This document shows, piece after piece, positions 45,631 to 54,280 of a DNA stretch of 64,000 nt. Origin of the DNA: Minisyncoccota bacterium (GTDB lineage: Bacteria > Patescibacteriota > Minisyncoccia > UBA6257 > UBA9933). Within the stretch, counting starts at the first letter, position 1, and each line of letters opens with the position of its first letter. Under the pieces are notes generated by a model. It saw only the letters and a list, made by a program, of their open reading frames with translations, made no database searches and was not told where the DNA came from. The stretch spans positions 2,033 to 66,032 of the forward strand of contig JBAZLC010000003.1 in assembly GCA_041650415.1 (NCBI GenBank), read 5' to 3'. The translations under genes were made by a program, and so were the position numbers.

Positions 45631-46758
45631 TTACTCAAGATATTTTTTGCCCTTAAGTTTGTTCGGGAGTAAATCTTTTTCCGTGTATTTATCATAGCCC
45701 TTACCGTAGCCGATATCTTTCATAAATTTTGTGACGGCGTTTCTTAATTCCATCGGAATGGGCAGATTACCGTAAGTTTTCACGTCTTCCACGGCTTCAA
45801 AATAAGCGTCATGCGAACGCCGACTTTTTGGCGCGAGAGCCAGATACGCGACCCCATGAGCCAGATTTATAGCGCACTCGGGCAAACCGATTATTTCAAC
45901 CGCACGAAAAACATCGTTGGCGATTTTAAGAGCTCCAGACCCGGCTAGTCCAACGTCTTCGGAAGCGAATATTACCATCCGGCGGGCGATAAATTTTGGG
46001 TCTTCGCCGGATTCAACCATACGGGCTAAATAATAAAGTGCGGCATCAGGGTTTGAAGCCCGCATGCTTTTTATGAAAGCACTAATGGTATTGTAGTGTT
46101 CTTCGCCTTTTTTATCGTAGCGAATATGTTTTGATTGCAAAGCGTTTTTTAGAGTTTCAATATTTATTTCTTTATAAAGGCTTTGAGTTGTTTCAATAAG
46201 TCCTAAAAGCTGGCGGGCATCGCCGTTGGCGAAATTAACCAGCCATTCGCGAGCCGCTTTGTCCGGCGTTATTCCGGTGCTGTCTATAATCAATCCGAGT
46301 TCCTCGGGCGAGAGTTCGTTTAAAACAAAAATCCGGCAGCGTGAAAGAAGCGGAGCGATGATTTCAAAACTCGGGTTTTCCGTGGTCGCGCCTATTAAAG
46401 TCAGCCTGCCGCTTTCGACGTAAGGGAGTAAGAAATCTTGCTGGGCCTTATTAAACCGGTGAATTTCGTCTAAAAATAAAATAGTCGGTTTTAATCCTTG
46501 CTGATTTTTTACGATTTCTTTTATATCGTCTTTTCCGGCTGAAACCGCCGAAAGTTCGACTAAGTCGGCGTTTAAAGACTTGGCGTAAATTTTGGCAAGT
46601 GTGGTTTTACCGACTCCGGGCGGGCCCCACAAAACAAAAGAGAATAAATGCTTCTTTTCTATGGCTTCACGAATTGGCTTGCCCGGCCCGACTAAGTGTT
46701 TTTGACCTATGAAATCGTCAAGCGATTTAGGCCTTATTTTTGCGGCTAAAGGTTGCAT
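45631..46758 (-). CDS. rarA: Replication-associated recombination protein RarA/MgsA
   Basis: PLAAKIRP, WGPPGVGKTT, DEIHRFNKAQQD, GATTENPSF, ISAFIKSMR, ASEDVG. Confidence 0.96.
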   Translation of the reverse strand: MQPLAAKIRPKSLDDFIGQKHLVGPGKPIREAIEKKHLFSFVLWGPPGVGKTTLAKIYAKSLNADLVELSAVSAGKDDIKEIVKNQQGLKPTILFLDEIHRFNKAQQDFLLPYVESGRLTLIGATTENPSFEIIAPLLSRCRIFVLNELSPEELGLIIDSTGITPDKAAREWLVNFANGDARQLLGLIETTQSLYKEINIETLKNALQSKHIRYDKKGEEHYNTISAFIKSMRASNPDAALYYLARMVESGEDPKFIARRMVIFASEDVGLAGSGALKIANDVFRAVEIIGLPECAINLAHGVAYLALAPKSRRSHDAYFEAVEDVKTYGNLPIPMELRNAVTKFMKDIGYGKGYDKYTEKDLLPNKLKGKKYLE

Positions 46759-46841
46759 ATATCCGCAGTTTAAATCTTGTTAAGAGTATTTTCAAGACGC
46801 CTGGAAAAGCATAAAAAAGCGAGATATGGTAAAATTAATTA

Positions 46842-47729
46842 ATGGAACCAGAGAACAAAAATCGGATTTTTATTATTATTGCGGTGCTTTTATCAGTAGT
46901 AATTATCATGGCCGCGGCGTATTTTTATTTATTGCTTTATAAGGAGTCACTGGAATTAAAAAATTCTTTGGATATCGCCAAAGAAAATATCAGCCGCGCT
47001 CAAAAAGACAACGCGGATTTACAAGAGGCGAATGATAATCTTTCAGAAAGCCTGGCGGCATCGCAGGCGCAAAACGCCGTGTTTGAATCGCAGATTCGGG
47101 AAATTTCAGGAACCGTGGGAACTCTGCAAAAATTAAGCCAAACAGATCCCGAACTTCTTAAAAAATATTCTAAAGTTTATTTTTTGAGCGAAAATTATAT
47201 TCCGGCAAAACTTGTTCAGATAGATTCTCAATATCTTTGGGAAAAAGCTAAGCCTCAGCAAATTCAAGGGGACACGGCGCCGTTTCTTACGAATATGCTT
47301 ATTATGGCAAGCAGCAGCGGAATCAACTTGGAGATTGTTTCGGCTTATCGCTCGTTTTACGACCAGCTGCTCACAAAAACAAGTTACAAAGTCCTTTATG
47401 GTTCGGGCGCAAATCAATTTTCTGCGGATCAGGGATATTCCGAACACCAATTAGGCACGACAGTTGATTTAACCGTGCCAAAGCTTAATGGTTTGTCTTT
47501 ACAATTTGAGAACGACGACGCCTACGCCTGGCTAAGGGGCAATGCTTACAAATTCGGATTCGTCCTTTCATATCCGAAAAATAACTCTTATTACCAATTT
47601 GAGCCGTGGCATTGGAGATTTGTCGGCATCGCTTTGGCGACAAAATTGCATACTGAAAACAAGAATTTCTACGACTTAACCCAGCGTGAAATTGACGAGT
47701 ATCTTATCTCTCTTTTTGATTCGCAGTAA
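46842..47729 (+). CDS. M15B D,D-carboxypeptidase (VanY-like) with TM and coiled-coil
   Basis: SAYRS, SEHQLGTTVD, EPWHWRFVG. Confidence 0.9.
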   Translation: MEPENKNRIFIIIAVLLSVVIIMAAAYFYLLLYKESLELKNSLDIAKENISRAQKDNADLQEANDNLSESLAASQAQNAVFESQIREISGTVGTLQKLSQTDPELLKKYSKVYFLSENYIPAKLVQIDSQYLWEKAKPQQIQGDTAPFLTNMLIMASSSGINLEIVSAYRSFYDQLLTKTSYKVLYGSGANQFSADQGYSEHQLGTTVDLTVPKLNGLSLQFENDDAYAWLRGNAYKFGFVLSYPKNNSYYQFEPWHWRFVGIALATKLHTENKNFYDLTQREIDEYLISLFDSQ

Positions 47730-47734
47730 ATAAT

Positions 47735-48106
47735 TTACTTATTTGTTGGCGAATAAAAAACAAATTTATATCCGTCCGGGTCTTTGACGACAAATTCCCG
47801 TTTGCCCCACGGCCAGGTTTTCGGCTCGGTGCGGGGGACTACGCCGTTGTTTTTAATGAATTCAAAATATTTATCTATGTCTTCAACTTCAATATAAGTA
47901 TAAATGCCTGTTCCTTTTGGCTTAATGCCCGACTCGTTTTTAATCGGCGTTTTGTTTTCATCAATAAAAGCGAGAGTAAAATCGCCAAGTTTAATACGGA
48001 CGCCGTCATCGGATTTTTTCGCGTCAAAACCGAGCTGTTTATAAAACTCGTGAGTTTTTTCGAGATTACTGGCGTAAAATAAATTTGAATGTATGCGTTT
48101 AATCAT
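47735..48106 (-). CDS. VOC/glyoxalase family protein
   Basis: FYKQLGF; PWGKREFVVKDPDG. Confidence 0.9.
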   Translation of the reverse strand: MIKRIHSNLFYASNLEKTHEFYKQLGFDAKKSDDGVRIKLGDFTLAFIDENKTPIKNESGIKPKGTGIYTYIEVEDIDKYFEFIKNNGVVPRTEPKTWPWGKREFVVKDPDGYKFVFYSPTNK

Positions 48107-48125
48107 GTATAGATTTTATTTTAAA

Positions 48126-48515
48126 TTATCTTTTCCACTCCGCGACTTCGGGGTGAAAATCTACTTGGCGTTCCGGTATCCCAAGCGATAACCCGTAACG
48201 CTTTGCTTCATCGTATTGTTCTTTGTTTTTCCTATCCACATAAAAAATCTTGTTTCGGAAAATAATATAGTGGTGCGTTTCATTTTTAAAATCGGCGTAC
48301 CATTCGTGGTCGGGGTCAAGCGACTTGCTGATTATTTCGGCAATCTCTTTAGCTTTATTCTCCGGGATTTTAACGGTATATAACGTCCATTGCGAAAGCC
48401 ATGGTGTTTCATGTTCTTCCGTCACTTCTTCAACCTCGGTGCTTAAAATCTCAATACTTTCAAGGACATCTCTACTTTCCAAACTTTCTTCAATTATTAC
48501 TCCTTTGTAGTCCAT
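48126..48515 (-). CDS. Hypothetical protein
   Basis: Intact ORF with host-like codons; GVIIEESL, WYADF, YGLSLGIPERQVDF. Confidence 0.75.
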   Translation of the reverse strand: MDYKGVIIEESLESRDVLESIEILSTEVEEVTEEHETPWLSQWTLYTVKIPENKAKEIAEIISKSLDPDHEWYADFKNETHHYIIFRNKIFYVDRKNKEQYDEAKRYGLSLGIPERQVDFHPEVAEWKR

Positions 48516-48564
48516 ACCAAGTTTATTATATCAAAAAATCGTTGTTTTGGAGAGGGAAGCTATA

Positions 48565-48593
48565 TTGACAAAATCAAACAAATCTGTTATAAT
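48565..48593 (+). promoter_or_regulatory. Perfect-consensus sigma70 promoter with extended -10
   Basis: TTGACA, 17 nt, TATAAT preceded by TG. Confidence 0.85.
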
Positions 48594-48599
48594 ATAGGC

Positions 48600-48893
48600 G
48601 GAAGGGATGAGAAAAAATTCTTTCCTGAACTGGCAAAATGCCATTTCAAAAGTTCTTTACAATAAGAAACTGGGTAGCGGAGCGTACTAGACTAAATCGA
48701 GAATTCATATTTTTACATTTTTCCTTTATTTTTCTCATATAAAGAATTCTCGATTCCTCTCCATATCTTCAGTCCTTGCCGGAACCATACAATTTTTCTT
48801 TTCCGGGAATTGGACCAACTGAAGATGGAGAGGATAGCTTTCGCCATCCCATCCCTTATAAAGGAGACTCTCGCGAGCCTCCTTTCTTTTTTT
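48600..48893 (+). ncRNA. Putative ~290-nt structured RNA, family unknown
   Basis: Promoter and terminator (AAAGGAG/CTCCTTT + U-run); 5'/3' stem AAGGGATG/CATCCCTT; 12-bp and 16-bp internal stems; no ORF over 30 aa. Confidence 0.65.
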
Positions 48894-48936
48894 ATATTTA
48901 TTTTGTCGTGGATAATGATGGTTTGGGGATTACTTA

Positions 48937-49827
48937 TTAATTAGTGTTAATAAATATTTTTAATACCCTTGATTCAATTTTTTTAATAAATTTTTCCCAT
49001 CGACCATCTTCTATTTTATCGCTATGTTTTAAAGGACCAATATTTTCTTGAGATAAAATATAATTTTGTTTATTTATATCGCTAAGATTAATAAAATAAA
49101 ATTGATTGTTAAGTTCTTTTGTTTCTTCGTTAAATGGAGATGCTATAAGAAAATTATCATATTTTTCTAAAACAGCCATTTTTATATTTCCATTTGAAAC
49201 TATATAGAGATGAGCATTTTGTGCTATTCTATGCCCCAAATCTTGACAAAAAGTTATCATTAGTAAAATTATAAATAATATCAACGAAAAAAAACCGAAC
49301 GAGCTTTTTCCAAACCATCTTTTAATCTGATTTTCTAAAAAGAATTTGTCTAAAAAAAATGTTATTATTGGTTCCTTTTCGTTTTTTTCTTTAAATTTCG
49401 GGACTAAAGTGAAAAGAATTAAAATATAGAGAAAAAATAAAGATGTAACAATCAAACCTTCAATAAGGATATATAAGTACGATTTCGTAATAAAAGCTCT
49501 CATGAACCAGATTGGTATACTATAAGCAAAAAAGACACTTAAAAATTGAATTTGTACGGAGTCTTTTTTTTGAGCAATGAGCCTATAGACGAGTTTCGCC
49601 ATCATTCCCGCCATAAGTAAAGATAGAAAGATAAAAAAAGAAACAAATACTATTTCAAACGTAGAGATATTTATAAATTTTGATGGTATTCCAAAATAAT
49701 CAAAATAAGCACTTCTATATACAGACGCAAGCCCATATCCGAGAGAAGTTAGTAGTCCTAAAAAAATTGCGTCGCTAAAAAATCTACCTAGATTATTATT
49801 TTGTTTTGTTTTTGATGTATTTTCCAT
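48937..49827 (-). CDS. Hypothetical AT-rich multi-pass membrane protein
   Basis: 296-aa ORF with about 5 TM segments; visibly lower GC than flanks. Confidence 0.7.
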   Translation of the reverse strand: MENTSKTKQNNNLGRFFSDAIFLGLLTSLGYGLASVYRSAYFDYFGIPSKFINISTFEIVFVSFFIFLSLLMAGMMAKLVYRLIAQKKDSVQIQFLSVFFAYSIPIWFMRAFITKSYLYILIEGLIVTSLFFLYILILFTLVPKFKEKNEKEPIITFFLDKFFLENQIKRWFGKSSFGFFSLILFIILLMITFCQDLGHRIAQNAHLYIVSNGNIKMAVLEKYDNFLIASPFNEETKELNNQFYFINLSDINKQNYILSQENIGPLKHSDKIEDGRWEKFIKKIESRVLKIFINTN

Positions 49828-50011
49828 TATTTTTTATAATTACATTTTTTCATTCTTGATTGACTCCCGATGTCATAATTGTATATCAAAAATTGACATT
49901 ATCAAACCGAAATTTTTAATTGACGTCTTTCTTGATTTGGGTTATTATCCTGTCAGCAAACAGGGAGCATTTATTGCTTTATTTTACAACTAAACAAGGA
50001 GGTAAAAGGTT

Positions 50012-51316
50012 ATGTTAGCAAGAGAAAGGATTATCGTCGCGTTGGATGTTGGTGACATGGACAAGGCCTTGTTTTTTGTGAGCCTCCTCGCTTCCCGGGG
50101 AGTGTGTTTCAAGGTCGGACTAGAGCTCATAACTTCGGTTGGCGGGCCGGAAATCACCAAAACCATGAGTATGCTCAACGGCAGAGTTTTCTACGACGGG
50201 AAGTTCAATGACATTCCCAACACAATCGCCGGAGCCGCCAAAGCGGTCGCCAAGATGAAGGTGAAGATGTTCAATTTGCACGCTTCATCTGGCATCGAAG
50301 GCATGCGGGCGGCCGTGGCAAACAAAGGCCAGTCGCTTGTCCTGGCAGTGACCGTTCTCACCTCGCTTGAGGAGAACAATGCCCATCTGATTTTCGGCGC
50401 GCCGAGCAAGGCGAAAGTCTTGCAGTTCGCGCGCGACGCGAAACTCGCCGGCTGCGACGGCATCGTTTGCTCGCCGCAGGAACTCGAATTCCTCGCGAAG
50501 AACGACGAGGTCAAAAGCCTGCTTAAGGTCACGCCTGGAATCCGGGCATCCAATGCAGCGCCTGACGACCAGAAAAGGACTCTGACGCCGGAAGAGGCGG
50601 CATACAAGGGCGCGGATTTCCTGGTCATCGGACGACCCATCACGACCGCGAAAGACCCGGTTGAGGCGGTCCTGGAAATCTCGGCGGAAATCGCCAGAGG
50701 GCTGAAAAAGAAACTCCACATGCTTCTGTTCAATTCGCAGAAGATTAAGTTTGGGGCTTTCAAACTCAAACTTCATGAAGAGTTCCCCAATGCGCCGCTG
50801 TCGCCGATTTACATGGACATCAGGAACCTGTCCGAGCCAGCCTACGCGCTTATCGGAGATATCCTGCACGAATTCGTCGTGCGAAACGGCATCGAGTTCG
50901 ACTACGTCATCGGAATCCCGAAGGCGGGCGAACCCATCGGCCGCGCTCTGGCGAACGCAATCGGCAAACCGCTTCTGCGGATGGGAAAGATCGAAGACAA
51001 GGGCAGCCGGAAGATCTCGGCGAATATTCTCGACCAGTTCGAGCCGGGCAAACGCGTCATTTTGGTGGATGATGTTATCACTAAGGCGGACACCAAGAGA
51101 GAAGCCATTAACGCCGTGAAGGCAAACGGTCTCGAGGTGGCGGCCACTGTGGTGCTCTACGACCGGCAACAGGGCGGCCTGCATGACCTACTCAGTGAAG
51201 GCAATCACGCCTACGCCGTTACCACACTGGAAGACACTCTCAGTTTTCTCGTTAGTGAGAAGAAAATCTCCAGCGAGAAGATGGACGACGTCATGGCGTA
51301 CATAACCGCAAAATAG
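50012..51316 (+). CDS. pyrF: OMP decarboxylase - orotate phosphoribosyltransferase fusion (PyrF-PyrE)
   Basis: IIVALD, FKVGLE, DGKFNDIPNT, VTPGIR, DDQKR, VIGRPIT; then FGAFKLK..SPIYMDIR, ILVDDVIT, DRQQGG; SD AGGAGG; promoter TTGACG-17-TATTAT 49920-49948. Confidence 0.92.
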   Translation: MLARERIIVALDVGDMDKALFFVSLLASRGVCFKVGLELITSVGGPEITKTMSMLNGRVFYDGKFNDIPNTIAGAAKAVAKMKVKMFNLHASSGIEGMRAAVANKGQSLVLAVTVLTSLEENNAHLIFGAPSKAKVLQFARDAKLAGCDGIVCSPQELEFLAKNDEVKSLLKVTPGIRASNAAPDDQKRTLTPEEAAYKGADFLVIGRPITTAKDPVEAVLEISAEIARGLKKKLHMLLFNSQKIKFGAFKLKLHEEFPNAPLSPIYMDIRNLSEPAYALIGDILHEFVVRNGIEFDYVIGIPKAGEPIGRALANAIGKPLLRMGKIEDKGSRKISANILDQFEPGKRVILVDDVITKADTKREAINAVKANGLEVAATVVLYDRQQGGLHDLLSEGNHAYAVTTLEDTLSFLVSEKKISSEKMDDVMAYITAK

Positions 51317-51344
51317 GGAACTCGACAATTCCCAAAAACCAAAA

Positions 51345-51377
51345 AGCCCCGCAATTTGCATCGCGGGGCGTTTTTTT
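51345..51377 (+). terminator. Intrinsic terminator
   Basis: GCCCCGC...GCGGGGC-GTTTTTTT. Confidence 0.75.
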
Positions 51378-51387
51378 ATCTAAAAAA

Positions 51388-51564
51388 TTATAATCCTAAA
51401 GCTCCAAGCGCTTTGTAAATCAGGAATGCCGGCCAAACAATGGCTTTTAATACGCCGAGGACTCCCATCCAGAATGTATCCGCGTGCTGGATGAAATAGA
51501 CCAAAGCGCCTATCAAGCCTAAGCCGTATATGGCGCCTGAAGCGCCGCCGCCAGAATGACACAT
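51388..51564 (-). CDS. 58-aa membrane microprotein, missed by the ORF track
   Basis: MCHSGGGASGAIYGLGLIGALVYFIQHADTFWMGVLGVLKAIVWPAFLIYKALGALGL*; AAGGTCG 29 nt upstream. Confidence 0.8.
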   Translation of the reverse strand: MCHSGGGASGAIYGLGLIGALVYFIQHADTFWMGVLGVLKAIVWPAFLIYKALGALGL

Positions 51565-51607
51565 ATTTTAAATATATAAATAAATTAATTATTCGACCTT
51601 GTATTTA

Positions 51608-52348
51608 TTAATTTGATTTTACACGGAAGGTAATTAAATAATTTTCTTGCCCTATTGTCGCGCTTGCGACGCGTGAAGGTTTTACATTTTCGATAGAAAT
51701 TTGATATGAATCAAAAGCCACAGGTGGTTTATTTGAAGATACGTCTATCGTTTCTTTATCGGTATCACTTTCAAGCGTTATATTGGTTGTTACCCAGCCG
51801 GCCTGGATACATTTGACATCAATCGGGCAGCGGCTATCTTTGACTATTTTATTAAGCGTTATGCGAACGCCATTTATAAAAACGCTTTTTCTAATACTAA
51901 TTTCTCCAAGAGTCGGGTCGCCGGCATCTCCGGGAAGTTCTTCCAGACGGTCAACAGATAAAGTGGCGCCTTCGGTAAAGTTTCCAAATACTTGGACTTT
52001 TTGATTGATAAGCTGACCCACGACATTGCTTACTTTAATAATAAGTGGCATCGAATAAGCTACGTCTCCACCGCTGTTTTCAGGCGAACCGAGAATAAGA
52101 AAAAATCCGTCTCCCGTTTGTTTTAAAATTCCGGTAAACGACGGCTGATTAGGGCATGCTTTGAATTCGCATTTTGGTCCGGTTCTGCCGACATACGAAC
52201 CATCAGGGCAAATCAAAGCTTCTTGAGTGCAAAAAACTTGTTCGGGAACTTCGGATTTTTGATTAACAAACCAATAAACGCCGTAAGCGCCACCGCCGAT
52301 TATTACAATTGCGAGAATGCTAAAAATAATTTTTGTTTGAGTTTTCAT
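51608..52348 (-). CDS. Membrane-anchored Cys-motif surface protein
   Basis: N-terminal TM; CTQEALICPDGSYVGRTGPKCEFKAC; DSRCPIDVKCIQAG. Confidence 0.8.
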   Translation of the reverse strand: MKTQTKIIFSILAIVIIGGGAYGVYWFVNQKSEVPEQVFCTQEALICPDGSYVGRTGPKCEFKACPNQPSFTGILKQTGDGFFLILGSPENSGGDVAYSMPLIIKVSNVVGQLINQKVQVFGNFTEGATLSVDRLEELPGDAGDPTLGEISIRKSVFINGVRITLNKIVKDSRCPIDVKCIQAGWVTTNITLESDTDKETIDVSSNKPPVAFDSYQISIENVKPSRVASATIGQENYLITFRVKSN

Positions 52349-52881
52349 TTTGTAAAAAATTCTTCCATTTTATCTAATGCTTGCAGGTTGGGAAAATCCG
52401 TTATTATTTTTCTTGCTTCATCTATGCTGAGCCATTTTGTATCGTGAAATTCTTTTAAATCGACATTAAATTCGGAGCCGTCGGTTTCAAATCGATACCA
52501 TATATCCAGATGCTCTTTGCAAGGTTGAACCGTATTATTGATCGGCGTAATTGTAAGTAAAAATGGCTTTATTTTCTCTTTAATTTTGTTTTCTATGCCA
52601 AGTTCTTCTTGAATTTCTCTATTTAGAGTTTGCATCAAGTTTTCTCCTTCATCTATATGACCGCCTGGGGATAGCCACAGACCGGATTTTTTATGATGAA
52701 TTATAAATACTTGTTTAGTTTTTGAATTATAAGGTAGAAAATAACAACAAAAATGGCTTATTGGATTTTCATCTCTTGTAAGCTTGCCTTCATCAACCCT
52801 TTTTAGGAAATAATTATATATGTCTTCAACACAAATATTTTGACTAAATTCATTTTTAATATAATCGTATGAATTATTCAT
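52345..52881 (-). CDS. NUDIX hydrolase
   Basis: HHKKSGLWLSPGGHIDEGENLMQTLNREIQEELG Nudix box. Confidence 0.92.
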   Translation of the reverse strand: MNNSYDYIKNEFSQNICVEDIYNYFLKRVDEGKLTRDENPISHFCCYFLPYNSKTKQVFIIHHKKSGLWLSPGGHIDEGENLMQTLNREIQEELGIENKIKEKIKPFLLTITPINNTVQPCKEHLDIWYRFETDGSEFNVDLKEFHDTKWLSIDEARKIITDFPNLQALDKMEEFFTK

Positions 52882-52956
52882 ATTAAACTATTATAAAGGT
52901 TTTCTTGAGGTCGGAAAAGGGGACTAACTGATTAGTCTCAGTCGTGTTATGTAAAT

Positions 52957-53436
52957 TTAATGAGATGCAAGATATTGGTCAAAAAGTTTAATAATTTGCG
53001 TGTCTTTTAGCTCTCTCTTGCTTTGCCGGTAGCCATCCCTTGAGCTAAAGATATATGCCTTACGGAAAGCTGTTGGCGACAGAGTGGCAATAGTTAGATT
53101 TTCAATTTGGATATTAACAACATCATGAAGTGAGTCACAGATTTGATCTTTAATGAGAATATCTTTTTCTGCGAATGAAATTTTCTCCCCGGTCCCGTCA
53201 ATAAATTCATGTTCATTTTTATCAAAAACAAAAAATCCATTTTTCTGCATAAATTCCTTGAGTTTACTCCAATCTTCATTTAGCAATTTTGAATCTATAA
53301 GCAGATCTATATCATTAACTGTTTTGAACGGTCCCAAATAAAGTGAAGCGCCCGCAGAGCCGTATAAAAGAGATTTAATCCCTTCGTTTTGAAGTAGTTG
53401 AATAATTTTAATTATTCTCTCGTGTAGGTTTTCCAT
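52957..53436 (-). CDS. Minimal nucleotidyltransferase-fold protein
   Basis: LYGSAG...NDIDLLI (GS..DxD) motif. Confidence 0.7.
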   Translation of the reverse strand: MENLHERIIKIIQLLQNEGIKSLLYGSAGASLYLGPFKTVNDIDLLIDSKLLNEDWSKLKEFMQKNGFFVFDKNEHEFIDGTGEKISFAEKDILIKDQICDSLHDVVNIQIENLTIATLSPTAFRKAYIFSSRDGYRQSKRELKDTQIIKLFDQYLASH

Positions 53437-53440
53437 TTTG

Positions 53441-53512
53441 CTGCGGGGCTAGGAATCGAACCTAGAACTTCAGATCCAGAGTCTGACGTGTTGCCAATTG
53501 CACCACCCCGCA
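53441..53512 (-). tRNA. tRNA-Gln(CUG), CCA not encoded
   Basis: Acceptor TGCGGGG/CCCCGCA-G; anticodon arm TCAGA-CT CTG GA-TCTGA; T arm CTAGG-TTCGATT-CCTAG. Confidence 0.96.
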
Positions 53513-53523
53513 AGATTTAACTT

Positions 53524-54225
53524 TTAAAGATTATTATAATTCCGGAAATTTATCAAATTTTTAAACTCGTACACCTCTTTTTTTCTGGATATTTGAATTT
53601 TATATCTGCTTTTATTGGGCTTAAATCCTAATTTTTTTAAACTCGCATATACAATATTAAGCAGGGAAGTATTTTTATTTGAGAAGAAAATTTTATATGT
53701 GCTCGTAGGCAGATGAACGCAAAAACTTCCCTCGGCTTCATATAGACCTCTTAAAAAACTTACCAAATAGTCGTTATTTTCACAAATCCATTTCGGTAGT
53801 TTAAAATTTAATTTAGCGCGGTTTCCGCTTGGAATCCCTAATCTTTTACTGACAAATTTTTCGTAAACGCTTATTTTTACGCAATTTGAATTTTTAACTT
53901 TCATATAGGTCGGTTTTTTAGAGAAAATCTTCTCAATAATACCGCCGTATCTATTTATAAATCCTTTATTTTTGGAATTGCACGAAATTATAAGCCGTTC
54001 GGTTCGCGGGAATTTACCGATATGTCCATCTCCAAGTACAACACCGACTAATTCCGCCAGATATTTATCTTTTTTAAAATCCGGGTAGTTGCTTTTAATT
54101 TTACCTGCGGCCTTCATTTTGTCCGCCCATTTTTTGAAATTGTTAATTTTCTTCCGCTTAAAAGTTTCGGAGATTTTCTTTACGCTTGGATGCGTTTCTT
54201 TTGTAAGCCCCTTATTCCATGGCAT
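53524..54225 (-). CDS. Free-standing two-motif LAGLIDADG homing endonuclease-like protein with NUMOD3-like N-terminus
   Basis: PWNKGLTKET; LAELVGVVLGDG; FLRGLYEAEGS. Confidence 0.85.
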   Translation of the reverse strand: MPWNKGLTKETHPSVKKISETFKRKKINNFKKWADKMKAAGKIKSNYPDFKKDKYLAELVGVVLGDGHIGKFPRTERLIISCNSKNKGFINRYGGIIEKIFSKKPTYMKVKNSNCVKISVYEKFVSKRLGIPSGNRAKLNFKLPKWICENNDYLVSFLRGLYEAEGSFCVHLPTSTYKIFFSNKNTSLLNIVYASLKKLGFKPNKSRYKIQISRKKEVYEFKNLINFRNYNNL

Positions 54226-54280
54226 TAAATAATAATACCATATTTCAGGATTTTATACTACCACTAGACGAATTAAGAAT

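Noticed and set aside
51380-51562. 60-aa Arg-rich ORF from the track
   Set aside because: Wrong frame; the ATG-started hydrophobic ORF 51388-51564 is the more plausible gene.
52930-52958. dif site
   Set aside because: TTATGTAAAT resembles a XerD arm, but the left arm and spacer do not fit.
53441-54225. tRNA intron or intein hosting the LAGLIDADG ORF
   Set aside because: The tRNA is contiguous, and the ORF has its own start and stop with no splicing motifs.
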